A stretch of 63,721 nt of DNA, filler included, from Octopus bimaculoides (taxonomy: Eukaryota): assembly GCF_001194135.2 (NCBI RefSeq). It is 6 parts of 5 records of this genome, joined end to end, with 100 filler letters (N's around TTAATTAATTAA, not from the genome) between each part and the next. Parts side by side here need not be neighbours in the genome. Positions count along the whole stretch, not along the records: positions 21,647 to 32,073 come from NC_068986.1; positions 32,174 to 51,072 come from NC_068996.1; 4 more parts are not named here. One strand, given 5' to 3'. The notes beneath the pieces are model-generated. The model did no database searches. It had not been told where the DNA came from and saw nothing but the letters and a program-made list of their open reading frames with translations. This document shows, one piece after another, positions 24,050-35,289 of this stretch; position 1 is the stretch's first letter, and every line of letters begins with the position of its first letter. The translations under genes and the position numbers were made by a program.

Positions 24050-26170
24050 AGCGATCTCTCATCTTTAACTCACGTTATAGCAAAGTGTTCGGCTGCTACC
24101 CATGTCAGTCCATTCATGAGGCACTACATCCACCAGGGTTTTGTAGACCTTATCCCCGATTCTGCAGTATCCATAGTACCTGCTGTTCTTCGATTCCGCC
24201 CTGGTCTGACCTTAGTACCAGCTAGCAAAACCTTTGGGTCACATGCCTCTTGGTACAGCAACACCTCCCCAGAACAGGTTACCATGAACACTCGCTTCAG
24301 TCTGCTGATGAGGTGACCCATCACAACTCCCAACTGTAGTGCAAAACTTGCTCCTGTCTCCAACTTTTTTCAACGCATGAGAAACTTAGATTTTACTGAC
24401 TTGAAGTTCAATCAGCTTTACAAGGGCTTTCCCGTCCCCTACGACATTCTTGTCACAACCAGGTCAACTATAAAGACCCTGATTGAAGGGTTCAGGATAT
24501 CAGACTTGATGAGAGGCTGTGCCATTCCTCAGACGACTTTACTTGCATATTGATAGTAAGTTCGAAAAAATATTAAAATGCTACCCGTCTCGAACTATTG
24601 TTGCTCTGTTGTTTCAGATTCAGCAGAGACTCTCGGGCTGAAGCCGTTGAAGTAGTCCAGGAACGGTCTGGAACATGGTGCTTGTTCAATGCCTCTTCTA
24701 TTTGCTTGTGGGGTATGAATCCATAGACATTGGCAATGCCCAGCCAGTCAGACACCACCCAGAAACAATACTTTAGAATATCTTACTTTAATACTGAGTA
24801 ACGGGAGGACTCTAAACTGACTGATGTTCTTCGATCTTTTTTCTTTGGAACGCACTCTTCTTTTTCAACCTTTCACTGACAAACCCCCTTACCTTTCTTC
24901 TATATCATCTCGGGATCCTTTAAAGCCTTCATAGTACCCTTAGGCAGCTCTTGTCTACTTAATAAAGTAATCTACTCGTTACTGAAGATGAACTTGTGCT
25001 TGCTTTCTTGACAAACTTGTAGACCTCTTTCCAAATGAGCTGCTTTCCATCAAACTCTAGAGTCGGTATTGGAAGATTGATCAAAGATGTGCTGTGGCCG
25101 AGGTCATAGTCCCTAGATACACTTTCGAAGGTGTCTCTGAAGTGTGTGTATATCACAATTGGAATGGTGCGTTTCGGCCCAGCAGCTGTTTCATAAATTT
25201 ATAAGGGTTTGTTAAACTGCAGCTCTTCTGTCGCCGTCTCTGACACCAGTCAGCCCTTCTTCTAGGTCATAAGTTTTTTTTTGCAGATGATACTTTGCAG
25301 CTCTGTGAGAAGTCTCTTCTATTCATATTTTACCCCTTTGAACTACCGCCTAAAGCTCTTAAGCTCACTGTGGAGGTGGGTCTTATTGGCTCTGTTGCTC
25401 ACAATGTTTCTCTAATTTCTTCTCCACCAATCCTACCCTTTCAACTGTTCGGCTGATGATGGTAGTCATTATCTGGGACCGACAATCAGCATTTCCTTTA
25501 GTCGTTACTTCCAGGTTGAATCAAGATTCATTTTTTTATCAAATTCGACCTACTCCTTCTCCATGTTAGCTTGGGACCACTTTACTCAGTTATGTTCTGT
25601 TTCTCTGTGTTAGTCTGAGGTTAGCAACACCAAAAGGTTTTGAGAACTATGGCCTGATTTCGGACCTAGTTCCTCCTACGTCACAACAGAGAAGGTTCCT
25701 ATATGCTGTGACTCTTGTACCATCTGCATGCATTTCATCTTGGCCTGGTGGATCTTCAGGCAACGAAGATTCTGACATATCTTTCTGCAACACATTTCAA
25801 ATTTACCATTCATTCTTTGTTGTTCTACGATCCCATCTTTCTACCTCTCAAGAATCCCTGGGGTTATCTTTCCTTAGGTTGATCGGTAGCTTATTGTAGG
25901 CTCTCCATCATATAAGGTACAGGTGAGTCTACTAATCTTCACTGTCCGTTGTTCCGCTATCTATCGCCACCCCGTTCTTGGTAATAAATCAACCTGGTTC
26001 TTGTAGTCACTGATTAGTCCATACAGGTTTTCTCATACATCAATGTCTGATGCGCTTAGACATTTCATTAGTGATGGAACCTGTTATCATTGTACATTTT
26101 GGATACCTCAACAATCAGACAACCCGACTCAGAAGACACATCCGGAGTTAATTAAGACCCAGCTTCCGTC
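24050..26170 (-). mobile_element. Degenerate R2/NeSL-group (Hero-like) non-LTR retrotransposon
   Basis: Minus-strand fragments RDYDLGH...PTLEFDGKQLIWKEVYKFVKKASTSSS and WLGIANVYGFIPHKQIEEALNKHHVP resemble the Hero-type RT motif WLDLANAYGSxPH. Confidence 0.7.
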
Positions 26171-27478
26171 CAGAAAACCCTGTCTTATCTAAGACTCATG
26201 CATCCTTGATTCACAACCACGTTGGAACAATTCCAGTTGACTCGGGAACAAACTTGATGGCATTCATCCGACTGGCTTTCTACCAACTGATTCCCTGTGG
26301 TGCCTAACATATACGTACGCACACGCACACGCACACATACACATACATACACGCACACACATACATATATCTGAAATATATATTTTATATGCTGTATGTT
26401 TGGCAAATCATTTTACCAATAAGAAACACGCACCGGCTTTAATTTACATATAATTATTAGTCAATAGTTAACTATTTAACCATTTACCCAATCGATTGTT
26501 GATTAATCGCTCGATCAAACGATCAATCAATCAACCAGCTAGTTTGTCAGTCTTCTAATTTCCGTTCGAGACCTCAAGTCCTCGTTTTCCAGGTCCGTCT
26601 CGAAAAAGTGAGATTGACCTGATATATAAGTGTAGACAGAACTCTTCGTCAGCTTAGGGAGGCAAACTCTTATCTAGGAGGACAAACCTTTATTTCATAC
26701 CTCTGTTGCCTTATAGCTGCACCCGCCTATGGGGAGGGATTCGGGATTAAACTCTGCGGGCAAATCTATTGTTGGATTCCTTTAGGCTGCCTGACATCTT
26801 GAATTTTATTCTGGCAGTATCTACGACAACACATGTCAAGATGCGTTGGTTCTTCTCCTCCCTACATCAATGACGAAGAGAGGAATGACCTGTTACATGG
26901 GCAACAAATGATCTTTTATACTAACTCTGTTCAGTCTTAAGTATTGTAATCATTAAATAATGATCTTTTATACTAACTCTGTTCAGTCTTAAGTATCTTC
27001 AGTCTTAAGTATTGTAAAGAAACCCAGTACATACTGTAAAGTGGATGATTTTGAGAAGAACACCCTACCGTAGAAACCATATCATAATAGACATTGGAGC
27101 TAGAGGCTTGTCGGATTCTATCAATCCATCCAACACATGCCGGCATGGAAGACGGACATTAAATGATGTGTGTGTGGGGGTCGGGGGTGTGGTATATAGT
27201 CACATTGTAGAGTATATTTAAATATACTTTACAAGAGAAAAGTCTACCTGATGTAGAACTCAATACATTCGGTAGAGTAGATACATGTGTTTATTATATT
27301 AAACGCTGAAAGTCTACTCTGAGTCTTGCCCATTATCTCTTTACCTACTACACAGGGGTAAATAATCCAGGACGAAACTCTGACTAGACTATAAAAGTTT
27401 TTCACCCCCCACACACACACACATGCANNNNNNNNNNTACTGAATCTTTTGTCAATGTAGAACTGTGAAAGACAAATA

Positions 27479-27964
27479 CAGTAATCACTCGCCATATTGC
27501 GGTCCACCTATCGCGCCCTCAGTACATCGCGGATATTTCCGGTTAATATATGTAAGTTCATATCGCGGACTCCTCAGTATATCGCGGGTTTCTGCGGCCG
27601 TTGGATATTCGTTTCTTTTTAGATTTTAATTATTTCTGTGGTATAAAAATAAACATTTTCACGCCTAGAAGTTAATAAACTAATACATAAAAATAGAGTA
27701 CAGCACTGCTTTTGTATAACACATTAGTTAAAATATATTAAAAGAAAATACGTGGTGTACCGTAGATGAGTAAACAAAGAATCGCACATACGGTATGGAA
27801 AATGAAACTTGGGAGGCGAATGTGAGGTGTTATTTTGCATTTATAATAAAATTAATATATACAAATTATAAACGTAAATTTTAAAAATATACAGTACAGT
27901 ACTGTTTCTACTTCGCGGATTTTCCCCTATCGCGGGATGTTCTGCAATAGTCGAGGGATTACTG
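27479..27964. mobile_element. Non-autonomous Tc1/mariner-superfamily MITE (pogo/Tigger-like)
   Basis: TA at 27477-78 and 27965-66. TIRs of about 23 bp: CAGTAATCACTCGCCATATTGC versus reverse complement CAGTAATCCCTCGACTATTGC. Subterminal ATCGCGG repeats; no ORF. Confidence 0.85.
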
Positions 27965-28752
27965 TAATAAGTAATAAAATTTGATAAACCCGCGAATTCG
28001 AATAAAAATCTCATGATATTTGTTCCGATAGAGTTTCAAAGATGCTCTCTTGTAACTCTTGCCATTATAATTGCAATGTACTATAACGATATTAGCTAAA
28101 ATAAAATATAATTGACCAAAATAAAACATGTCCGCTTTTCGATATATTTTTCAGATGCAGCAATTTTTTCATTTCAATCAACCGCGGCAGCTGACCAAGA
28201 AACGGCTGGAATAGGCGCTGAGACTTGTGTTATTTTAATTATCAGCTGTATCAGTAACAGCACAAATAATCGGTAGTAGCCACCCAAGTTCAGTTAAAAC
28301 GGTACCAAAAATCATAAAACAACAGCAAAACAGCAAAGCAAGATAACCATAGAAGAAAGACGAGGACGACGAGAGAACAAAACAGCAAGAATGGCCAAAT
28401 TAGCAACGGCTGTTGAAACTGGAAAATGTGAAATATTCTGTAACAAAATTAGTAACAAGTTATAATGTTAAGGGAAACAGCCATAGAAGAAAAAAAACGG
28501 TGTAACGAAATAAACAGATACATTAATTATAGCAGCAGTAGCAGCTGCAAGGAAGTGCAAGAAGGTGCATAATAACTATATCAACAATAAACAAAGAATA
28601 TAATTAGCAACGGCAGAAATACGTCGGCAGTAGCTATACCAGCAGCAGCTGCAGCAACAAGAGTTAACACAGCAACTTGTGATAACAACAATATCAACGG
28701 AAACATAAATAGCTAAAAAATAATAATAATAATAATAAACGGGGCATGTTAG

Positions 28753-28860
28753 CAACATCGACAACATCGCAACATCGATAACATCGCAACATCGATAAGA
28801 TCGCAACATCGATAAGATCGCAGCATCGATAAGATCGCAACAACGATAACATCGCAACGG
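28753..28860. repeat. 17-bp minisatellite (ACATCGCAACATCGATA)n, about 5 copies
   Basis: Direct tandem repeats visible in an AAC-rich tract. Confidence 0.85.
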
Positions 28861-29224
28861 TAACAACATCAACACCAAAAAAATAATCAGCAATATCGTT
28901 TTAACAGTAGTACCAAAAGCAATAGTAAAAGTTACAATGGTAACGTTAGATATATAACATTATCAACATTGTGGGCAACGACATCTGCAGCAATACTAGC
29001 AACAATAGAAACATTATCTTAACAACAGCATTATCAAAAGCTAAATTAGCACAAACAAAATCTCATCGACTACAGTAGCAAAAACTGCACCATTAGTTAC
29101 ATATTTAAACAGTAACGTTATCAATAGCCATATTATCTACTGACAGAAATTCAACCAGTGTGGTATTAACAACAACAATACCAACACATATAACACATCC
29201 TGTAGAGAAAAAATAGCAGCAACA

Positions 29225-29449
29225 ATGGCGCGGCAGCCTGACGTGCCGATCGAATCATGCTGTCACCCGACAGACAGTAGTCTTAAAACTCATTTTGCTG
29301 AAGTTCCTGATCCGGAATGTGAATGGTATGGCAGAGCCAATTTGATGGAAGTAAATTATGATGACACCAACATAGACCCGCTGACACTAGAGTGTGTCTT
29401 GCGTGACAAGGGTGAATACGAGACTCTAGATATGTACATAGCTGAAGCG
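29225..29449 (+). CDS. Candidate coding exon, 75 aa, product unknown (possibly first coding exon of the EHBP1-like gene)
   Basis: Complex, acidic, protein-like peptide MARQPDVPIESCCHP...LDMYIAEA. Kozak-like ACAATGG; phase-0 donor GCG|GTGAGT at 29450; possible acceptor TGTAG ending 29205. Sits in non-repeat sequence. Confidence 0.6.
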
Positions 29450-29947
29450 GTGAGTTATTATTTCTGTTTAGGTTTTGTATTTTTTAACAATTAGAGTGAG
29501 GTGTGATTTAAAGCAGATTTGGTTGCTGTTTCTAGCACATTGATTAATTACACTGACATGTGATAGTGATGTTCTTAGTCTTAGAAGCAGTTATATTACG
29601 TTACAGTCACGAATTTTAAGACTCATAGGATGGGGAATCTGGTTTCCTTGGCGTGTAAGTGACTAAGATCTCATCATTCCCCCTGAGGAAGATGCTAGTC
29701 CGTCGCAGGGCTGTTCATTTACAGCCGAATGGACTGGAGCGACGTGAAATGAAGTGTTTTCCTCAAGAACACAAAGCGTCGCCTGGTCCGCGAATCGAAG
29801 CCATAATATTGCGATCCTGAGTGTAACATCCTAACCACAAGATCTATCATCGATGAAGTTTCAGTTAGTTATGATCCCGTCATTTTTTTCTTTTTTCCTT
29901 TTCTTTCCATGACTACATTGTCCAATGTGTGACTCTATGACAGTGGT

Positions 29948-30250
29948 GTGGAGGCGCAATGGCCCAGTGGTTAGGGCAGCGGACTCGCGGTCATAGGATC
30001 GCGGTTTCGATTCCCAGACCGGGCGTTGTGAGTGTTTATTGAGCGAAAACACCTAAACTTCCTGTTTCTGTTGTGCCTGTTATTCAAAGGGTCAGCCTTG
30101 TCACGCTGAATATCCCCGAGAACTACGTTAAGGGTACATGTGTCTGTGGAGTGCTCAGCCACTTGCTAGTTAATTTCACGAGCAGGCTGTTTCGTTGATC
30201 GGATCAACTGGAACCCTCGACGTCGTAAGCGACGGAGTGCCGACAACAAC
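29948..30250 (+). mobile_element. SINE family C (internally deleted copy)
   Basis: Same family as 23669-24036 in the opposite orientation; 11-bp TSD ATGACAGTGGT at 29937-29947 and 30251-30261. Confidence 0.92.
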
Positions 30251-30522
30251 ATGACAGTGGTTCCCAGCCTTTTTATTTAAATGAATTTTCCTACGGCCCC
30301 CTCTTAATATGCATATCCTTATATATATATATATATAGTGAGATAGGCCGGTTTATGGAACCAGCAGTGTTTGGAGTCAGCAGTGTTTGGTAAAGCTAAA
30401 CCCCCTATGAGCGAGAAACCCAGGGCAACTCCATTATAATAATAACTGCTCTATATCTTAGAGTGTGCATTATTTATATTATTTACAATTGACGGATATT
30501 TGTCCTTATCTTGTTTGTTGTT

Positions 30523-30568
30523 AACACAACGTTTCGGCTGATATACCCTCCAGCCTTCATCAGGTGTT
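30523..30568 (-). ncRNA. Minimal type I hammerhead ribozyme (Penelope-type)
   Basis: The minus strand reads AACAC-CUGAUGA-A-GGCUG(gagggUaUaU)CAGCC-GAAAC-GUU-GUGUU. Stem I is AACAC/GUGUU, stem II is GGCUG/CAGCC, helix III is the loopless palindrome ACGU, and the cleavage triplet is GUU. Confidence 0.75.
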
Positions 30569-30680
30569 TTGGGGAAAATTTTGAACCTGAGTTCTCATTC
30601 CTAAGGTATTTTTCGATATTGTTGTTATTATTATTATCATTATTATGATTATTATTATTATTATTATTATTATTATCATT

Positions 30681-30752
30681 CAGGTCACTGCCTGGAATCA
30701 AACTCGGAATCTTGGGGTTAGTAGCCCGGGCTCTTAACCATTACGCCATATG
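30681..30752 (-). promoter_or_regulatory. tRNA-derived segment with Pol III A and B boxes
   Basis: The minus strand has TGGCGTAATGG (A box) and GAGTTTGATTCC (B-box-like) with tRNA-like spacing; it is not an intact tRNA. Confidence 0.6.
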
Positions 30753-30857
30753 CCCGTGGGCAATTATGGAGTGAATTTTAGGGTTTGTAAATCTAATATT
30801 CTCTTATACTTCTTTAATACCGGCTCCCATATGCTGTTCATATCTGCATTCGGTCTG

Positions 30858-32073
30858 TAGATGGTGAAATGGTGAAGACACGCCAGATTAAGAAGTTTAT
30901 GAAACTCAAAGGTCAGAGAAGGTAGACTGAAGACCATCGCCCACCCGTGAAAGCAGTAATTAATGTAAGTCTAGAAAGCTCTGAAGAAGCAGTACTAAAC
31001 AAAAGTCTCAACTTTGCAACAACCATCAAGCGCATTGCATACTCGGACATAATAGCCCCTATTGAAGAGATAGCCATAAAGATATCAAAGGCTCAGGGAG
31101 ATGAACTAAGGTGGAAGGTGAGACAGGTACTGGAAAAAGCAAAACTTCCCAAACCAAACATCACTAAGGAAGAAACGTTCGCTATCAAAAGGCTACATAG
31201 TGACAATTCCATCATAATACTTCCAGCGGACAAGGGAAATGCTACAGCGGTGATGAACAAGTCTGACTACTCGGAAAAACTGTCAAGTCTAATAAGAGAT
31301 GGTAGCTACAGCAAAGTAAAGAAAGACCCTACTTTAAAAACAGAGGTGAAGTTGTCACAGATCTTGATCAGGAACAAGGATCACTTTACACCAATGAAGT
31401 ACAGACAACTGACTCAACACTACAGTAAACTACTCAGTGCCTAAAACATGGAGCAATGAATATAAGTAGTGATCATGATACCCACCACGAAGAAATGATC
31501 AAGCTCATTAAGCAACAACTAGCCCAAAAGCATATTCTCCACTCCAATTAGGCAGAAAAGAGAGGATGAAACCGATAAACTGTCCACAGTCTGTCTACCC
31601 TATGTGAAAGGCTTCTCCGAAAAGATACAAAAGATATGCGGCCCATATGACATCAGGACAGAATTCAAAAGTAATACAACACTTCGTAAATATCTCCGAG
31701 TAAAACCACCAATAGAAGAGAATATGACTATGAACTGCGTGTACTCCGTCCCATGCAGCTGTGGTAGGTTATACAAAGGCGAAACATTTCGCCTCCTCAA
31801 AATAAGGGTAGAGGAACATTGCAAAGCTGTGACACGGGGAGATATTGATAAATCGGGTATAGCTAATCATGTATGGAAAAATGGAGACCACCACCCTCTG
31901 TGGGATGAAGTTGAAATAATAGACAGAGAACACCACTGGAAAATACGATAACTAGAAGAAGCAGCACATATGCTAGGACACAGCAACCTCCTAAGCAGAC
32001 CGAGTGCAGATATGAGTAGCATATGGAAACCGGTACTAAAGAAGGATAGGAGAATATTAGATTTATAAGCCCT
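30858..32073 (+). mobile_element. Penelope-like element, internally deleted (N-terminal RT region plus GIY-YIG endonuclease)
   Basis: ORF 30947-31444 reads VLNKSLNFA...PNITKEE...IILPADKGNATAVMNKSDY...KKDPT. ORF 31604-31951 reads NCVYSVPCSCGRLYKGETFR...RVEEH...SGIANHVW. The RT catalytic core is absent. Confidence 0.92.
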
Positions 32074-32173
32074 NNNNNNNNNNNNNNNNNNNNNNNNNNN
32101 NNNNNNNNNNNNNNNNNTTAATTAATTAANNNNNNNNNNNNNNNNNNNNNNNNNNNNNNNNNNNNNNNNNNNN

Positions 32174-32205
<32 letters not shown>

Positions 32206-32249
32206 TATCTATATATATATTTACATTACATACAAATGTGTGTGTATGC

Positions 32250-32434
32250 ACGTGTGTGTGTGATTGTGTGAGTGCAGGTGCAGATGTGACTGTGTGGCAA
32301 GAAGTTCGGTCCCCAACCACATGGTTCCGGATTCAGTCTCACTGCGTGACACTTTCGCCAGGTGTCTTCTATAGTCTCGGACTGACCAAAGCCTTGTGGG
32401 TGGATTTGATAGACGGGAACTGAAAGAAGCTGGT

Positions 32435-32440
<6 letters not shown>
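32250..32440 (+). mobile_element. SINE family B, 5' half followed by (TG)n
   Basis: GTGTGGCAAGAAG...CAAAGCCTTGTGGGTGGATTTG...CTGAAAGAAGC, then the microsatellite. Confidence 0.8.
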
Positions 32441-32518
<78 letters not shown>

Positions 32519-33300
32519 TGTGTGTGTGTGTGTGTTTATTTGTTTACGTGTATGAGCATGACCGTATCACATCTGTCCATATATGTGACTGGTTGTTTAA
32601 ACTGTCTAAACCAGTATCCATAAATGAAATATTGTAGGAGAATGACGTTTCGTGTTTTACGAATCTATCAACAAGCTGAAATATATCCTCTAAACCAAGA
32701 TTAGGGTGTAAACCTTATTTCTTTATTCTCTATTCAGATGCGGAAGTAGCGTGTGTATGTGTGTGAGTGTGCATGTGTGTGTGTGTGCACGGGTGTGCAT
32801 TTATGTTTGTGTGTGTGCATGTGTGTGCATTTCTGTTTGTGTGTGTGCATGTGTGTGTGAATGTATACACACATATACACACTGTGCATATATATATGTG
32901 TATGTATGTATGTATGTATACACACACACACACACACAAACATATACATATATATAAGCACAAATGCTCACACTCACACACATAATTAGATTTATGTATG
33001 GCCATAGAAGTAATATATGTATGTTATAAAGTTATGCACATATACACACACACGCGCACGCACACAATCATGTCTCCTTAAGGAAATATTCATAAATACA
33101 GTAGCAGTATTTTGCCTATCTTCCGTGCATGTGACTAGTGGGCAATATAATTTAGTTCTGATTTTTAATCGTCAACAATATTCGATCGGATTTATGGCAA
33201 TTTATGTGTTTTGAATCCAAAAATGAAATCAGTTTTACTTGATACACCCTAATTATTGAAATTTTGGATTCTCTTCAAATAATTTTGCTCCAATACAATA

Positions 33301-34828
33301 CAGTACCGTGCAAAAGACATCGGCCCATTTTAAACTATTGTTAATTTCTACTAATTACCAACTTAAAAGTGGATGTTTTGCATTGCGTGTTTTACAGATT
33401 AAATATTGGCCCTGTTTGAATCATTTCCATACCTAATCATTATATTTTGTAACGGGGGTTCTGAATGAGAGAGTAAAATGCAAGACGACTACCAAAAATG
33501 ACCGTCCAAAATTTTTCAGGCATCTCACATAAATCAGTCTAGGTACAGTGTTTTAAAACGGGAAAATTTTATAATGAAAATTTATTGCATAGTGTTCATT
33601 TCAAAAATGCTGCAAGCTGGTAGAATTGTTAGTACACCGGGCGAAATGCTTAATGGTATTTCGTCTGCCATTACGTTCTGAGTTCGAAGTCCACCGAGGT
33701 CGACTTTGCCTTTCGTCCTTTCGGGGCGGATCAATTAAGTACCAGTTTCGTTTTGGGGTCGATCTAATCGACTGACTCCTTCCCCCAAAATTCGGGCCTT
33801 GTGCCTAGAGTAGAAAAGAATATTCATTTCAAGAAGTTACTGTACGTTGTTAATATTTTGTGTGGCTTCTCTTACGTTCAATGGGAAGAGATGCGTAGAA
33901 ATCCTTCACCATCTTCACAAATATGAGATACCATTCTCTGTTTCTGAACTCCCACAACCCTTTAAGACTGCGTGGATTCTTCTGGCGAACTTTCTTCTTT
34001 AGTTCTGTCTATATTTGCTTGATGATATTTAAGTCAGGGCTCTGAACTGGCCAAACTTTTAATACGGTAACACCTTCATCAGCCAAACTCTATTGTGTTG
34101 CACGCTATCTGTGGCATGGAGCTCCGTCATGCTGAAAAATCTCACATTCATTCAAGTCTGGTATCAAATTGTCCTCTGGCAACTAGATGTATTTAGCACT
34201 ATTCAAGTTACCGTCAATTTTAGGCAACTTTCTTGAACCATCACTTTTTATGTATCCCCAAAACATCAGACTCTTAATACCAAAATTCACTGAGTTTCGT
34301 CGTGTGACGCGGGTCATTTCGCTTTTTAATAAGCGAGAATTTATCAGGCCTCCAGGAAAGCGAAATGACCCACGTTACACAACGAAAACGGTGAAGTTTT
34401 GTAGTAAGAGTCTAATGCTTTGGAGATATATAAAAAGTCTTTTCTCAGCTGCATTGAAGTAATTATACAATCTAAGGGAAGCCACAAGTAATATTAACAA
34501 CGTACAGCAACTTCTTCAAATGAACATTATGTAATAAATTTTCATTATAGACATTTTTCTGTTTTAAATCACTGTATCTAGACTGGTTTACGTGGGGTGG
34601 CCGAAAACTTTTGCACGGCTATTTTCGGTGGTTGTCTCATATCTCCCCCCCCCCCACTACCCATTCAGAAAGCCTACTACAAAATATAATGATTAGGTAT
34701 GGAAATGATTCCAACAGGGCCAATATTTAATCTGTAAAAAAACGCAATGCGAAACATCCAATTATAAGATGGCAATTAGGAGAAATTTACAATAGTTTAA
34801 AGTGGCCAAAGATCTTTGCACGGTACTG
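33301..34828. mobile_element. Rearranged Tc1-type DNA transposon with two 3' ends
   Basis: TA-CAGTACCGTGCAAA...TTTGCACGGTACTG-TA termini with long inverted arms. Minus strand: IFQHDGAPCH...WPVQSPDLNII...SHTKY*. Plus strand: FIRPPGKRNDPRYTTKTVKF...SLMLW, then VIIQSKGSH. Confidence 0.88.
33611..33821 (+). mobile_element. SINE family A nested in the Tc1 left arm
   Basis: SINE A consensus, flanked by duplicated TTCATTTCAA (33595-33604 and 33823-33832). Confidence 0.85.
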
Positions 34829-35289
34829 TATAGGAGGATTATTCCTAATAAGATTAAAATATAGGTTAGGCGTTAATGTAAGTCACTCATAATACTTGGA
34901 TAATCGGTAACCCGGTCAGATAAGCATGTTCATCTGAAAATGCCATATTTGATGACACCGCTGAATCACTGAAGTTTACCGACTTATATGTTGATATATA
35001 CAACAGTGCTTTCATCTAAATAACTTGTTTAATTTTCCATTTAAATCATTTTTATTGTAAACGTAACTTTAAAATCATCTGTTCGATGAAACAATTGATT
35101 TTAAAATTATTTTTCGTGGCATATAGAATTAAATGAGTTCAATGCGAACAGCTTCTTTGAACAAACAAAATGCAGCAAACTTGCTACGTCTTTGACGAAT
35201 ATACTAAAGTATAGAAATAATATCACTGATTTTTTGTAAAAGAAGCATATCTTTCCTGTTTTGGAGTAACGTTTAAAGATCAGGATAAA

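Larger units (their letters stand above)
30480..30857 (-). mobile_element. Inverted terminal repeat (pLTR) of the adjacent Penelope-like element
   Basis: 30780-30857 is the reverse complement of the element's 3' end at 31996-32073 (about 10 mismatches in 78 nt). On the minus strand it continues with a tRNA-like segment, (AAT)n and a hammerhead motif. Confidence 0.75.

Noticed and set aside
30681-30752. Functional tRNA gene
   Set aside because: The acceptor stem and anticodon arm are not canonical; treated as a tRNA-derived promoter segment. The same applies to the SINE heads.
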